Of a stretch of DNA of 64,000 nucleotides, positions 42,482 through 57,974 are shown in pieces. A program made the translations under genes and the position numbers. How positions within the stretch are numbered: position 1 is the stretch's first letter; each line of letters opens with the position of its first letter. The stretch spans positions 10,478,001-10,542,000 of the forward strand of contig OZ024758.1 of NCBI GenBank assembly GCA_964016885.1, given 5' to 3'. The notes beneath the pieces were generated by a model. It saw nothing but the letters and a program-made list of their open reading frames with translations. It searched no databases and was not told the origin of the DNA. The DNA comes from Eledone cirrhosa (lineage: Eukaryota).

Positions 42482-44649
42482 GACTACACTGCCAAGGTCC
42501 AGACGAACATTTTGTATTGGCTCTTTAAAACCTAGGAAATCATCAATGGAGTGTGGATAGATTTTACACCAGATACGATTCAATGTCTTTACTTTCTTAA
42601 CTCTTCACCATTTATTTCATACCTTAAGTATTACACTTTAAAGGTGTTACAATTCCCTATAAATATTGTCTTAGGAGACAATCACACACACAAAAAAAAA
42701 AAAAAAAGTTTGATTCGTATCTCCATGACTTGTTGAATAGATTAAGGAAAAGATAGGTCAATAGGAGAAATGTCACACAACCTCTAATAGGACATGTCAT
42801 AATTCTAACTAGATCGTTAGACCATAAACCGTAATTACTTGATCGGTTACTGCCACAGTCTTTATATTCATATGTACTGTCAGCTTTGACATTGCAATCT
42901 CAAGGAATGTCTGGATTGTAAATATTTCAAAGGGAATTGCTTGTTATAATGCGATGCATCACTTCTTTTGGTGAGTATTTGCAACGTTACATAAGTGAGA
43001 ATTGCTTTGATTGATTACTCACCGCTAAAGTGTTTATTTGAAAATAGATTTCATATATTTCTTAGGTAAGTATGGAATCTGAAATTTTAGAGAACAATTG
43101 TTTGTCAATTTAATGGTCAATTTAATGTTTTAAAGGTCAACAGCAGCCTAAAATAAATGAACTAAGTAAAACCAATAATCGAAACCAATAATCGAAACTG
43201 GGTTATATTAATAGCCCCAGACACACATCCATTCAAACCATTCCTTTCTGGTTATGGCATTCATAGCAATCCTATAATGGCAGGTTCGAAATCCAGAGCC
43301 AGAGGCTGGCATTGGAACATAAGAAGTATCAATTTACAAACAGAGTGACGTAGAGTCTGATATATGAAAATGAAAAGCTAAACTTGCGGAAATGACCTAA
43401 ACATTTGTTACGTAAATTTAGAATTATTAATTATGAAGTAGTTTGTGAGAGTAAAAATTTTGTTCCCACCAGACTGTAGCACTTCATATAGAAGTGTAAA
43501 TGTAATATACACATACACATACATAGGCATACTCATACACATATAGACACTCGCACGCACAAATGCACATGCGTACACATCCATAAGAACATGGTTAGTA
43601 TATACACACAGAGTCACACACACACCACACACATATATATATACATATATACATAGAAACACATATATACTCAAATCAAAACATTTTTTTTTTATATAAT
43701 GCCAAGAAAATTTTAAAATTAAATTTGTAAATCCATTTCAATATAAGTGACCTTTGAATGGTTTCAAATCTGACCTTTTCTATTGTCTATACTGCAAGAC
43801 TAATTGAAGTGAACGTGTGGCAACTCCAGACAAATGTTATTGTTCCTAAATTATAAATTTGACATATGAAATACGAGTGTTTAATTGTTTTATATATGAA
43901 GTTCAGAAACAAACCTTTCCCCTTGTGAATCAAGTCTTATTGCAGAATAATTAAAAGTACAAAATAAAAATTATTTTTAATTTGCTCATTAATATATTTA
44001 ATATATTCAAAGTCAAGTGGTTATGTGGTTAGATATGTTAGATTTACTGTCGTAACGTTGTGTGTTCGAATCCCGGACAGGGCAGAGATTTGTGTTGTTG
44101 AGCAAGGCACTTAATTTTATGTTGCTCCAGTTGACTCTGACTTGTAACTGCATTTCAAAAGGCCAACCTTTGTCTCACTGAATCTCCCTGAGAACTATGT
44201 CGTGTGTGAACAAGTCTGTGAAATTCCATAAGCCAGTTGTTCCGTTGTTTGAACAACTGGAATACTCGACACAGGAACTGTTGCTTTATTTATCCACCCC
44301 GGAAATATAAAATGTAAAGTTGATATCAGCACTCAGAGTTTACCGAAGTAAGTAGACGTTGCTTCGGTAAACTCCGAGAACCTAGGAAGTTATACGAAAG
44401 TTTGCCATGCATTTTATATAATATTGTATATTTATTTACGGCTCTGGGGAGGAGGTTGAAAAAACCCCCTAGAAACGTCGAATGTCAATACGGTGCCCCT
44501 ACAACTTCCTCAGGAGTTACAGGGTCACACATGCACGAATATTTACCTTCATGAGTACATATTAAGGGCTCTTTGTTTAGTCATTAGAAGCACACATTCA
44601 GGCAACAATACATACATATACATATGTATACGCACACAGAATCGCAAAA

Positions 44650-45186
44650 ACATACACACACATATATATATATAAATACACACAAACACACGCACATACA
44701 GACGCACACACACACACACACATATATATATATAAATACACTCAAACAAACGCACATACAGACATACATTCACACACACACACACACGCACACACATATA
44801 TATATATATAAATACACACAAACACACGCACATACAGACATACATTCACACACACACACACACATATATATATAAATACACACAAGCACACGCACATACA
44901 GACATACGTTCACACACACACACATAATACACACAAACACACATATATATAAATACACACAAACACACACACATACAGACATACATTCACACACACACAC
45001 ACATATATATATAAATACACACAAACACACGCACATACAGACATACATTCACACACACACACATATATATATATAAATACATACAAACACACGCACATAC
45101 AGACATACGTTCACACACACACACACATAATACACACAAACACACGCACATATATATAAATACACACACACACACACGCACACACA

Positions 45187-45252
<66 letters not shown>

Positions 45253-45265
45253 AACACACACACAC
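44650..45265. repeat. ~60-90-bp CA/TA-rich minisatellite
   Basis: tataaatacacacaaacacacgcacatacagacatacattc recurs about 8 times. Confidence 0.9.
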
Positions 45266-45610
45266 ATTTAGGTTAGTATGAAGAAGTACGTGACATTTAA
45301 TCCGCCACTCCATTGCTTCTGTAATTCGTGATTTCGATTTACATAACTTATATGCACAGTACTGTTGCAGTTACCGTATCTATTGTTAAGATAGTAATAT
45401 CTTATATGGTGTGATAATTCAAGCCTGGTATTGGTTTCCTTCTATCAACAGGACCAATACTTTGTCCTCTTTATTCTTTATTCCTGCCACATTAATCCAT
45501 TGTCTTCATTTGTTTTGAGGAAATGATCAAATTTCTTACGAATAAGTTGGACATTCATGTTACATTAAAAGAATGAGGCTAGGAATGTCTGCATATCATG
45601 TGCGTGTGTT

Positions 45611-45718
<108 letters not shown>

Positions 45719-45746
45719 GTATAGAGCAATTTTTACAGACATACTG

Positions 45747-45779
<33 letters not shown>

Positions 45780-45975
45780 TACATCAGTGCATATATAGAT
45801 ACATATATACACACACACATACCTCCCCCATATATATATATGCAGAGGTTATATTTAATTTGTTGGGATTCAACAAGCTTAAACATTTTTATAACTGATA
45901 TAAAGTACTCAACAATGTAGTGGAGTAAATATACAATATATTAACAAATTGAAACTATATTTATAAAACTATATT

Positions 45976-46041
45976 TATTTTATTATACATATTTCAAGGG
46001 CCAGCAAGGCAAATTATGGTGCGCTTTCATCAGATAAAATA
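45976..46041 (-). ncRNA. Type I hammerhead ribozyme
   Basis: Inverted copy of 46320-46385 with two stem II differences. Confidence 0.8.
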
Positions 46042-46319
46042 CAATACAGATTTGTTTTATAAATAAATATTGACATACCCTGAAAAAAGACAACCTTAAC
46101 GGTTGGAGCTTCCTGGATAGTGGAGATATTACATTTATTGAGGGTGATAGAAAATTATGATTGAGTATGCACATGAGTGTCCGAAAGATTGAAAAGATAA
46201 CGGTTTATTTAAATTAAACTGTTGTAAGAAGGTGATATGTGATGGAGAGAGAAAAAAACCGTTAAGGTTGTCTTTTTTCAGGGTATGTCAATATTTATTT
46301 ATAAAACAAATCTGTATTG

Positions 46320-46385
46320 TATTTTATCTGATGAAAGCGCACCATAATTTACCTTGGTGGCCCTTGAAATATGTATAATAAAATA
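46320..46385 (+). ncRNA. Type I hammerhead ribozyme
   Basis: tattttat-CTGATGA(46328)-aagcgcacca/../tggtggccctt-GAAA(46366)-tatgta-TA-ataaaata. Confidence 0.85.
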
Positions 46386-46423
46386 AATATGGTTTTATAA
46401 ATATAGTTTCCATTTGTTAATAT

Positions 46424-46478
<55 letters not shown>

Positions 46479-46639
46479 GTGCATTGGAGTCTTATTTGCA
46501 TTTAAGCTGAACAAGTCGAAATAATCTGAGGTAGTCCCTATACACTCGATGATGTGAGAAATAAATTCTTGGTATCAGAGAGGACTTAGTTACCATATTA
46601 GAAGGAAACACCATGTTCACCAATTACAACAGGTAACAA

Positions 46640-46684
<45 letters not shown>

Positions 46685-47211
46685 TATATATTCCCTTCCC
46701 TTTGGTATTCGTATATATATAATAGATAAATAAATATGATACAAATGAATCTCAGTTGCTTCATTTTTGTGGCGTTTGATTACAGAATTGGATAATGATA
46801 ATTGCATTTTATATTCCTGAGAAAATCTACAGAAATGGGATATTTTGGAGCTCTTATTCATTACAGTATCTCTTTATACTATCTGATAGTTTTTAGCAAT
46901 TCATTGAATTGTTTTATACTATTTCACGTATATATTATAGTAATAGTAATGTCAGAGAAAATAGTTGTAATACCTCTCAGTTTGTGAAATGTCTCTAATG
47001 GTAGATATGTATATCAAGAAACTATTTTTGATATCGAATGTGGAATGTATCCGATTTTCCTAGAAAAAGATTGAATATATCTGAACTAAAAAAGACAATG
47101 TAAGTTCGCAAACAGACACAGACACAGGCACACACACACACACATACACATACACACACACACGCACACATACACACACACACACACACAGGCACAGACA
47201 CAGACACACGC

Positions 47212-47288
<77 letters not shown>

Positions 47289-47846
47289 TACGTACTTATG
47301 AATGTTTGTGAGTTCAAATACTAGCGAGGTTAACTTTGCCTTTTTATCATTTTGAGTTCAATAAGTGAAGTACCAGGAACGGAGAATTTGCATTAAAGCA
47401 TCGGACGTGTTGCTTTTCAGTATCTGAGTATTTCGAGTTGAAACCACACGTCTTCATGCCAGGAATTTCCACTAGCAGATAGTATCAGCAATGGAAAGAA
47501 CAATGGAAACATCGTTCCCTTTGTCTGATCTGATGATCTGCTCGTTTCCTTTCCTTTAACTCCATAAAACAAGAACTCTTCGGTGTTTTGTAGACGGTGT
47601 TTGATATTTCCCTTTCATAAATGAAACTATTTATCCACAATATATTATTAATCATATGAATACACTCTGGGTTTATGTTGTTGAAATGTTTCACTTAACT
47701 TCTTTGCAATAAACAATACATATGTTTATTAAATGTAATACATTTTTATATATGCACAGCACCAGTTTCTTATATTGTGCGACTCTCCCTCGACTTTACT
47801 ATTTCACCATCTGGTTTTTTCCTCCTCCAGTAAATATCTCTTACAG

Positions 47847-47922
<76 letters not shown>

Positions 47923-47932
47923 GAACTAATAT

Positions 47933-48115
47933 TGATTGGCAGTATCGGTAGAGGGTCGGACGTCATGCTTTCCAGCATAGTTACGTCCCTTTACGATCTG
48001 AGTTCAAATCCCGCCGAGGTTGACTTTGCCTTTCATCCTTACGGGGTCGATAAAATAAAGTACCAGTAATGCACTGGGTAATTGCTGGCCTTGTGCCTAA
48101 AGTAGAAACAATTAT
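47933..48115 (+). mobile_element. SINE family 1
   Basis: Matches the consensus. Confidence 0.9.
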
Positions 48116-49759
48116 ATCTTAAGGAGTCTTGTTTTTATTTTATTTTACTTTTTTGCTTTCCTTTGCCGTTTTAGTTTCTTTTATTTACAAACATTTCTCA
48201 AGCTTTATAACTATTTGTTTGTGTCTTTTTTTTATGGAGGCGCTATTTATTATCCACCGTACATTCTACACTAAATTCGATACCATTTTATTTTTATACA
48301 GAACCCCATGGCTTCTCACACGAAGCCTCATGCCTCATGCTATCCATGTAAAAATCTCCATATGCTCCCAGTCTACTAAAAAACAGCCGACATCCTACAC
48401 CAAACATCATACAGCATACACAAAACATCCATTGACTATATACTTGAAGCTCCTTCAGTATAGTGGGGGTTTTTTTCTTGCTTTATTCTTTTGCTTCATT
48501 TGTTTAAAAAGCAAAGTTTTCTATGGGGAGATGTCGCTTAATTACCGCTGGCAACCGTGCGGAACAGAGAGACCAAAAAAATATTACCTTCTAAGTTCTG
48601 CGTTGTTTAAAAGGCAAAGTAAGATGTTTGCTGTTTCCGCCATTGACGTCTTTATGGCCACCATTCAAACAAAGTAATAAATAAACAAAATAAGTAAATA
48701 AATAAAGAGTGGGAGGTAACTTTCACTGGAACCTGACAGTATGAGCAGGTCTGCAAATACCAGCTGTGCAGGAAATGGCTCCGACTTGGTACTCAGATGT
48801 CTATTATATAACAAATCTACAAAAGAAATTGGAGTCGGTCTGTAAGTGACCAGTCACGGTGAAAATATAAAGGACACAATAATATATAATAACTAACATC
48901 AATTCCAAAACATCAACAAACGACGTTAAAACAACAACAAAACAAAACAAAACAAAAAAGGGAGCTAGATTAACATTTTTAGGAAAAGAAAGCTAAATAT
49001 TTGAGTAGAATATGAAAATATTGAAAGAAGAAAATGAAATGAAAATAAGATAGGATTGTAAAGTAGATGAATGGGAGATGTTAGCTTAAAAAAAGAAAGG
49101 AAAAGAAAGGAAAAACCGAATATAAAGAAAACTAAGAAGAAAGCTCATGCGTCTGTAATCTAAAAGGAAGGAAACACAGAAGAACATGTAAAAAAAAAAA
49201 AGGTTCTTGGTGTTTGGAAGAGACTAGAAAGATAAGAGCAAAATTATCAGACGTCTCGGTGGGAAAAGGAAAAACTTTCCAAAAGTATATTTAACATTTT
49301 GTTTATTCCTTTTTCTAGTTTCATTTATTAGACTAAGGCCATGCTAGGGCACCGCATTTGAAGGGATTCACTAGATATCGTATCGATCTTAGAACATATT
49401 TATTCAATTCTGGTACTTCATCGATCTCAATTTTGACGAATTGCTAAGTTACGGGACATAGATACACATAGTAAAAATGAACCAACATAAACCAACTCAC
49501 ACACATATATACACACACACACACGTGTGTGGGTATGTATGTGTAGCAATACATACTCAAGAGAAGTACTCAGTAAAGTGTATATAAGACACCTTATTCC
49601 TTCAAAGCTCGTGATATACTTCCTCGTTACACCAAGAGACGCCCATGTTTATTTTAATCGGTATTTCTTCATCAATGGAGGACTATCCAGTGATAAACAC
49701 AAGATTCTTTTTTTTTTACTCGTTATTATTTCTGGCTCAGTTTTAATTATGTTTTGTTT

Positions 49760-49935
49760 TTCCCACGTGGTATTATTTCTGGCTCTTTGTGAAGATCATT
49801 AAATATTTTGGAAAATACTCTGTACGTGTTATTGTTAAATATTTTAACCTGAAATTTGGAACTCTATCAATTTCTGGTGCTTTTAAGTTGGTGTTGTGCC
49901 CCAACTATTGTATTTTGTTTGTTATTTCTTCCTTC
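49760..49935 (-). pseudogene. R4/Dong-clade non-LTR retrotransposon RT remnant
   Basis: Minus strand: TNLKAPEIDRVPNFRLKYLT...-KIFNDLHKEPEIIP resembles the R4-clade NWKAPGxDxIxNFWLKxL...FN....PExIPxW. Confidence 0.6.
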
Positions 49936-50480
49936 GATTGTTCAGGTGTTGGGTGGTTTGAGCATTCTTCTTCCTGGCGATCCCTTCGCTGTCTAACCCC
50001 TCCCCCAAACATTATTCTCTTCCATGTAAATGTATATGCAGGTGTTGTCACTGCTTTCAGAAACATCAAAACTCAAGCCAACAAGATTGACATGCCAGCA
50101 TTTCATGTTTTTCACAAGCAGAGACAAAGTTTCTTCACCAGAAGCTTCACTAGTCCTCAATGTTCACTTGAAAGTTAAGAAACTTCGAGATGTTGTGACC
50201 ATAGAATCTGCAGAGATTTGTGGACCATGGTTAGGTATGATCCCGAACATCAATATTTTGACTGTTCTGTAGCCCTGCGCTAAGTATTGAATAATGCTTG
50301 ATACCTGGCTAGTTTTGTAGACAAATAGACAGATCGATGTCGTAGTTTTTATCGTCCGATCATAATACGGGTCTATGTATAAACATATATATGAATATAT
50401 ATATATATAGAACAATTGTTTCACCTTATTGAGTACCTTACTTACTGTGGTTACCCCTGATTCAACCCGTAATAACTTAT

Positions 50481-50564
<84 letters not shown>

Positions 50565-50663
50565 GCAATGAAATACCAATGACCGTTGGCAAATCACTGA
50601 TGAGGGACTCATTTTATAACATGTTATCCATGTGCAACCATGCAGTATTCTTCTCCCCATATT

Positions 50664-50762
<99 letters not shown>

Positions 50763-50915
50763 GTGACCTGTGACACTAAAATTCGTTTGTTTGAATTCAT
50801 ATGACTCCAGTTCCCCAGTGAATTAACAACCCAACAAGGAACTGGGCATATCAGAGTATTGACAATATTATACACCTAAACAACATATGTACTTGTCTAT
50901 ACCATACTAATTCAA

Positions 50916-50970
50916 ACTGCCTGAAGAGGTCACAGCCAAAGATGGCTGTCACTGAAATATATATAGCAGT
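50916..50970 (+). ncRNA. Type I hammerhead ribozyme
   Basis: actgc-CTGAAGA(50921)-ggtcacagcc/aaagat/ggctgtcact-GAAA(50954)-tatata-TA-gcagt, followed by AATAAA and (TA)n ~50 nt downstream. Confidence 0.87.
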
Positions 50971-51022
50971 AATAAACGAAGCTAAATTTTAATCATTTGA
51001 CTTTTATTTAACTTTATTATAT

Positions 51023-51064
<42 letters not shown>

Positions 51065-51081
51065 TATACGTATATATATAC

Positions 51082-51112
<31 letters not shown>

Positions 51113-51448
51113 CTTTACTAATGCACGCACCCACATACACACATACATACATAAATATGTTACCGTTGTTGGTTGGAATCACCAATAAACTCCAAGAGAA
51201 CAAATTTCTCTGACGTTCTTTTCTATTAAAATAATATTTAAACAAATCAAAATTAAAAACAAACAAACATTACCACCAAAACAACTGGAAGTAGCGTTGT
51301 TTCCTACTGCCAGGAAGACTAACCCTAGCGTTTCCATCACCACCACCCTGGGGTCTTCAACAGCCTCTCCTATTTCCATCATATCCCCCCCCCCCACATC
51401 ACATCACTCCACTTCACCTCAGCTACTGCCACCGCCTGCCCGCCCGCC

Positions 51449-51482
<34 letters not shown>

Positions 51483-51895
51483 GCAGTCAGTCTCTGCTAG
51501 TGCCATCAAGGCTTGTCGCCATACCAAGGAGCCTTCCTTGATGTAGTTTAGGGTGGCGGGCGGTGGTGGCGGGCGGTGGTGGCGGGCGGTGGTGGTGGTG
51601 GAGAGAGGGAGGGCCTAGGGTAACCCCTGCCAACAGACCTCACAATCATAAATTATTCCTAATAAGACAGTCGCAACTCAAGCACGGCGCCTTTGCTCCT
51701 CATTGCACCAATCTACAATACCACCCACTACCTCACAACCTCTTCCTCCCATCTGGCATTGCTACCAACCAGCACCTCCTCCCCTCGCCGCCACCCTTAT
51801 CCGTATTCCACCTACCCCCCACATCACGTCTCTTCCCCATACTTACCCTTGTTGTTTTTGTTCAGCCCCTGCCATCCTATCCTCCTCTTTCTTCC

Positions 51896-51935
<40 letters not shown>

Positions 51936-52143
51936 TATCTTCATTATGATGATGATGATGATCATCATCATCATTATCATTATCACCCTACCACCACCAC
52001 CACCCTTGTCATCCTCTTCGCCACCAACTTCTTCTTCTTCTTCTTCTTTTTCTTTTTCTTTCTTCTTCTTCTTCTTCTTCTTCTTTTTCTTTTTCTTCTT
52101 CTTCTTCTTTTTCTTCTTCTTTTTCTTTTTCTTCTTTTTCTTT

Positions 52144-52174
<31 letters not shown>

Positions 52175-52204
52175 CTCTTTCTTTCTTCTTCTTCTTCTTC
52201 TTCA
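51896..52204. repeat. (CAT)n/(GAT)n and (CTT)n/(CTTT)n tracts
   Basis: Direct reading. Confidence 0.92.
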
Positions 52205-52394
52205 CCAACTACCGTGGAAACAGGTTGATATGAGGAGAGGGGAGGGGGAGAAGTAGTGGTGGTGTAGAAGGAGAGGGGTGATGTGTAGTTTATGGTAAAG
52301 GACGCACACCAAACACCGTATTAGTCCCTTGGGTTCCTTTTTTTTCTATTATCTCCTTACTGATTATACATACATGTATATATGTACACACACA

Positions 52395-53252
<858 letters not shown>

Positions 53253-53960
53253 TATCTAGCATTCTACATTATCCACCATCACCACCGCCACCACCACCAC
53301 CACATCATCATCTCCCACATCCACCTCCTCCCCCTTCCCCTGCTCATCGTCATCATCAACAACACCAACAACACCATTATCGTCGTCATCATTATTAATA
53401 GTACCAGTAATGTACTGGAGGGTGATTGCTGGGCTTGTGCCAAAAAGTAGCAACAATCATTAATATTATCAACATAATTAAAGGGCTGTGCCCCAGCATG
53501 GCCTCAGCCGGATGGTTGTAACAGGTAAAAGGGTAAAAGAGTATAATGATTTTCTCATTTATTCTTATCTGATTGCACTTGAGATGTCTTGTAGTCTCAT
53601 TAAAGCCCAACATCTCTATCAATCTCGGTTTACCAATAAATTCGCGATGTAAACAGTTACAAGGTAACCGCATCTTACGCGGTCAATATCTTTCCTCTTC
53701 CCTTTCGAATTCCTTAAAACGGCGTCTGAGAACGACCCTTATTTAAAAGTGCTTAGGTACTTTGATGTTTCGAAGGAGGCATAATACCAGGCCCTATAAA
53801 GGCTGGAGAAGAACATTCAGGAAAAGTAAGATAGTAGAAGAGGTTAAAGTTTTCTCCCATTACATTAAATAATGCGGTTTCGCGCGGAACAGGTCATTAA
53901 GAGTTGTTCAGACTTTATTAGCTTAAAAAAAAAAAAATCCTACTACATATGATCGGAGCA

Positions 53961-54073
<113 letters not shown>

Positions 54074-54302
54074 ATTATATATATATATTATATATATATA
54101 TTATATATATATATTATATATATATATTATATATATATATATATTATATATATATTATATATATATATTATATATATATTATATATATATATATATTATA
54201 TATTATTATATATTATATATTATATATATTATATATTATATATATTATATATATTATATATATTATATATATTATATATTATATATTATATATTATTATA
54301 TA

Positions 54303-54776
54303 TTGGAAAACCTGAAACTTTACTCACTCCAACGTCGCCGTGAGCGTTATATTATCTGCATGATGTGGAAAATGTTCCATCATCACTGCCCAAATGATGT
54401 TGGCATCGCCTTCAAGATACACCCAAGGCTTGGGCCCCGTGCTATCCGTCCCATTCAAAAATCTAAATCGCAACTCATAACAACAATACGGCACAATTAT
54501 TTCACCTCAATCGGCCCTGCTCTCTTCAACATCACACCAGGACACGTCAAAACAGAAACTGACCACACAAAATTCAAGAAGTCTTTGGACAAATTCCTCC
54601 AAGTAATCCCGGACAAACCACCCACACCCGGATATGTCTCCGCAAACAGTAATTCTGTTCTCGAATGGGCCATGGTGCCCAAATTCTGAATTGAAAGACT
54701 TCGCCAGGTGGTGCTATTAAGTTAGACATGGCCTGGGCCAATACTGGCCAAAACATTTCAAAGTTATTCAAAGTTA
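54303..54776 (+). mobile_element. CR1-group LINE 3' fragment with uninterrupted ORF end (stop at 54689)
   Basis: LKLYSLQRRRERYIICMMWK...FTSIGPALFNITP...FKKSLDKFLQVIPDKP is the CR1-group RT C-terminus; short 3' UTR with stem-loop and (ttcaaagtta)2 tail; embedded in TA tracts 53962-54302 and 54777-55286. Confidence 0.88.
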
Positions 54777-54887
54777 TATATATTATATATATATATTATA
54801 TATATATATTATATATATATATTATATATATATATATTATATATATATATATTATATATATTATATATATATATATATATTATATAT

Positions 54888-54921
<34 letters not shown>

Positions 54922-54923
54922 AT

Positions 54924-54955
<32 letters not shown>

Positions 54956-55243
54956 ATATATATTATATATATATATTATATATATATATTATATATATAT
55001 ATATATTATATATATATATTATATATATATATATTATATATATATATTATATATATATAATATATATATATAATATATATATATAATATATATATATAAT
55101 ATATATATATAATATATATATATAATATATATATATAATATATATATATAATATATATATATAATATATATATATAATATATATATATAATATATATATA
55201 TAATATATATATATAATATATATATATAATATATATATATAAT

Positions 55244-55289
<46 letters not shown>

Positions 55290-55419
55290 AGTTAAAATAG
55301 AAAACAAAAACAAAACGAGGAGTGCAGTACATAGTTTTAGTATTAGGTTCACGCTTGAGAGTGGGGGATATATATATATATATATATATACTTAATATAT
55401 ATATATATATATATATATA

Positions 55420-55549
55420 TAAGTATGTATGTATACGTACATACATATATGTATACAGACGTACAGTAGGATGCATATATATATATATATATATGCATGC
55501 TACTGTACGTCTGTATACATATATGTATGTACGGATACATACATACTTA
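55420..55549. repeat. 130-bp palindrome centred on (TA)n
   Basis: atacagacgtacagtaggatgca-(TA)n-tgcatgctactgtacgtctgtat. Confidence 0.92.
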
Positions 55550-55613
55550 CATTTAAGTAAGTGCCGTACTAAGAGTGAGAAATGAAATTTCGTTTTCATT
55601 TTATTTCAACTTA

Positions 55614-55644
<31 letters not shown>

Positions 55645-55660
55645 TATGTATATATATATA

Positions 55661-55868
55661 TAGGAAAAAGTATGAACCCGACGGCAGAGCTCAAGCCGTG
55701 TCGACGGCTATTTCTGGACTAAAATTTTAGTCCAGAAATAGCCGTCGAAACGGCTTGAGCTCTGCCGTCGGGGTCATACTTTTTCCTATTTCCCACTCTA
55801 CTACCCTAAGTATTGAGTACTCTGGTGCGTTATGGTCCATCTGGTTCCTTACCACAATTCCTTTGTTA
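55661..55868 (+). mobile_element. Fold-back hammerhead-half element, subfamily B
   Basis: Palindrome 55661-55788 plus tail to (TA)n; near-identical to 10271-10471 inverted. Confidence 0.82.
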
Positions 55869-55869
55869 T

Positions 55870-55945
<76 letters not shown>

Positions 55946-56082
55946 ATATTATATTATATATAAATGAAAAGTATAGAAATTATTGTAGCAAGAAGCCAAC
56001 AGTATTCCATAATATATAAGTGACTATAGCGTCAAAATGGAAAATACATATACATATATATATTATATATATATCCCCATTT

Positions 56083-56133
<51 letters not shown>

Positions 56134-56442
56134 GGTAAAATGATTGCAATTTTCGTTTTCACTCTATAAAAAAACCCAGTATTGGTCTTAAAATATTCCA
56201 TTACAATAAAGCCATAAAAATGCGGTTTACGAGACTAGTTTCTCATGTTTCACAACTTCAGTAGATTTCTTGTTACTTCCCTTGACCCCTTAACATATTT
56301 GCCCGCCTGAGGGCTCCTCCATAGTTCTTGTCTTTTATTATAGAGACTTTCCTGTCCAACTAATACATACTAACATTTGTCGAAAGCTACCATCCACGCA
56401 CATTAGCACACTAACATCACACCTTACTCTGTTAAATTAATA

Positions 56443-56628
56443 ATAATTGTTTCTACTTTTGGCACAAGGCCAGCAATAACCCAGTCCATTACTGGTACTT
56501 TATTATTTTATCTACCCCCGTAAGGATGAAAGGCAAAGTTAACCTCGGCGGGATTTGAACTCAGAATGGCAAAGGCCGTAACTCTATGCGTCAAAGCATG
56601 GCGTCCGACGCCTCTACCGATACTGCCA
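56443..56628 (-). mobile_element. SINE family 1
   Basis: Reverse complement of the consensus. Confidence 0.9.
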
Positions 56629-57141
56629 AACAATGTAGCCGCTGATATGAGGGCGCCTGACTTAGTTTAGTCGTTATGGTGTTTGGTTGAGGATCGTAAA
56701 GATGGTACTGACTTCTACCTTTTTAGTTCGTGACTCTCTTCGGTCAGGAATAACCATGAAATTTGCACCGAGAGAGTTCCTCTCCGAGACAGGAGCAAGG
56801 GCAAAATGTCTTTGAGGGAAACCAGTTGGGTTTTGGTATCCTATGAAAAATGACAGTGATTTGTAGGTGAAGTATCTGAACATTTTTTGCTTGTAATTTG
56901 AAAAGAAATGGTTGGATGGGGTGGACTGTAAAAGTGCTATCGTTGAGATTAAAGTAAATATAAAAAGAATTATGTGTGATTAAAAAAATGTGAATGGTGT
57001 GTATTTTATTAAGATTAAATGAGTAGTTATTCAGTTGGTGGTAGGGAAAGAGATAGACAAATAGACAGTGAGAGAAACGAATGTAAATGGGTGCTGAAAC
57101 AGAAAGATAGAAATGAAAGATAATATATTAACAGAGAGAGA

Positions 57142-57240
<99 letters not shown>

Positions 57241-57330
57241 AGAAGTGTAGAAAAAAGATAAAAAGTATGTTATTAATATTAAGGATGGAGAGTAAGAGAG
57301 GGTTAGAGGGCAATGTGTGTGTATACATCT

Positions 57331-57392
<62 letters not shown>

Positions 57393-57444
57393 ATTTTCTA
57401 ACTCCTCATATTTCCTCCATGAGAAGGATATATATGTAAACATA

Positions 57445-57598
57445 CACACACACACACATACACACACTAACACACACATACACACACTAGCCCACACATA
57501 CACACACTAGCCCACACATACACACACTAGCACACACATACACACACTAACACACACATACACACACTAACACACACATACACACACTAGCCCACACA
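57445..57598. repeat. 20-bp tandem repeat
   Basis: cacacacatacacacacta(a/g) repeated about 7 times. Confidence 0.9.
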
Positions 57599-57703
57599 TT
57601 CTTTTTCTGAAAAAAAAAAAAAAAAGAAGATGGAGAGTGAAAAAGTGATAGAATGATAAACATTGGCTGGAAACAGAATTATATATTTTATTAATATTAC
57701 AGC

Positions 57704-57800
57704 CGAGGTTAACTTTGCCTTTCATCCTTACGGGGTCGATAAAATAAAGTACCAGTAATGTACTGGGTAATTGCTGGCCTTGTGCCAAAAGTAGAAACAA
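57704..57800 (+). mobile_element. 5'-truncated SINE family 1 with 16-bp TSD
   Basis: ttattaatattacagc at 57688-57703 and 57801-57816. Confidence 0.9.
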
Positions 57801-57900
57801 TTATTAATATTACAGCTCTGTTAATAATATAGAACCTTCTTTTTCCCTTCTTCCTCTACGGAATCCCTAGATGCGATATTTATCTATCAATATATATGTA

Positions 57901-57974
<74 letters not shown>

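Larger units (their letters stand above)
45843..46432 (-). mobile_element. PLE-type element with inverted terminal arms (45929-46104 / 46257-46432)
   Basis: About 175-bp inverted repeat with one hammerhead in each arm; (TA)n at both ends. Confidence 0.8.

Noticed and set aside
41293-42560. ~400-aa ORFs or a CRISPR-like array
   Set aside because: Head-to-tail 31-bp minisatellite with no unique spacers, no cas genes and a eukaryotic context.
48129-48677. 182-aa plus-strand ORF
   Set aside because: Low-complexity T-rich start, no recognisable domain and no splice support.
51500-51545. catcaagg...ccttgatg hairpin as pre-miRNA
   Set aside because: The stem is too short and imperfect, and no mature miRNA is recognisable.
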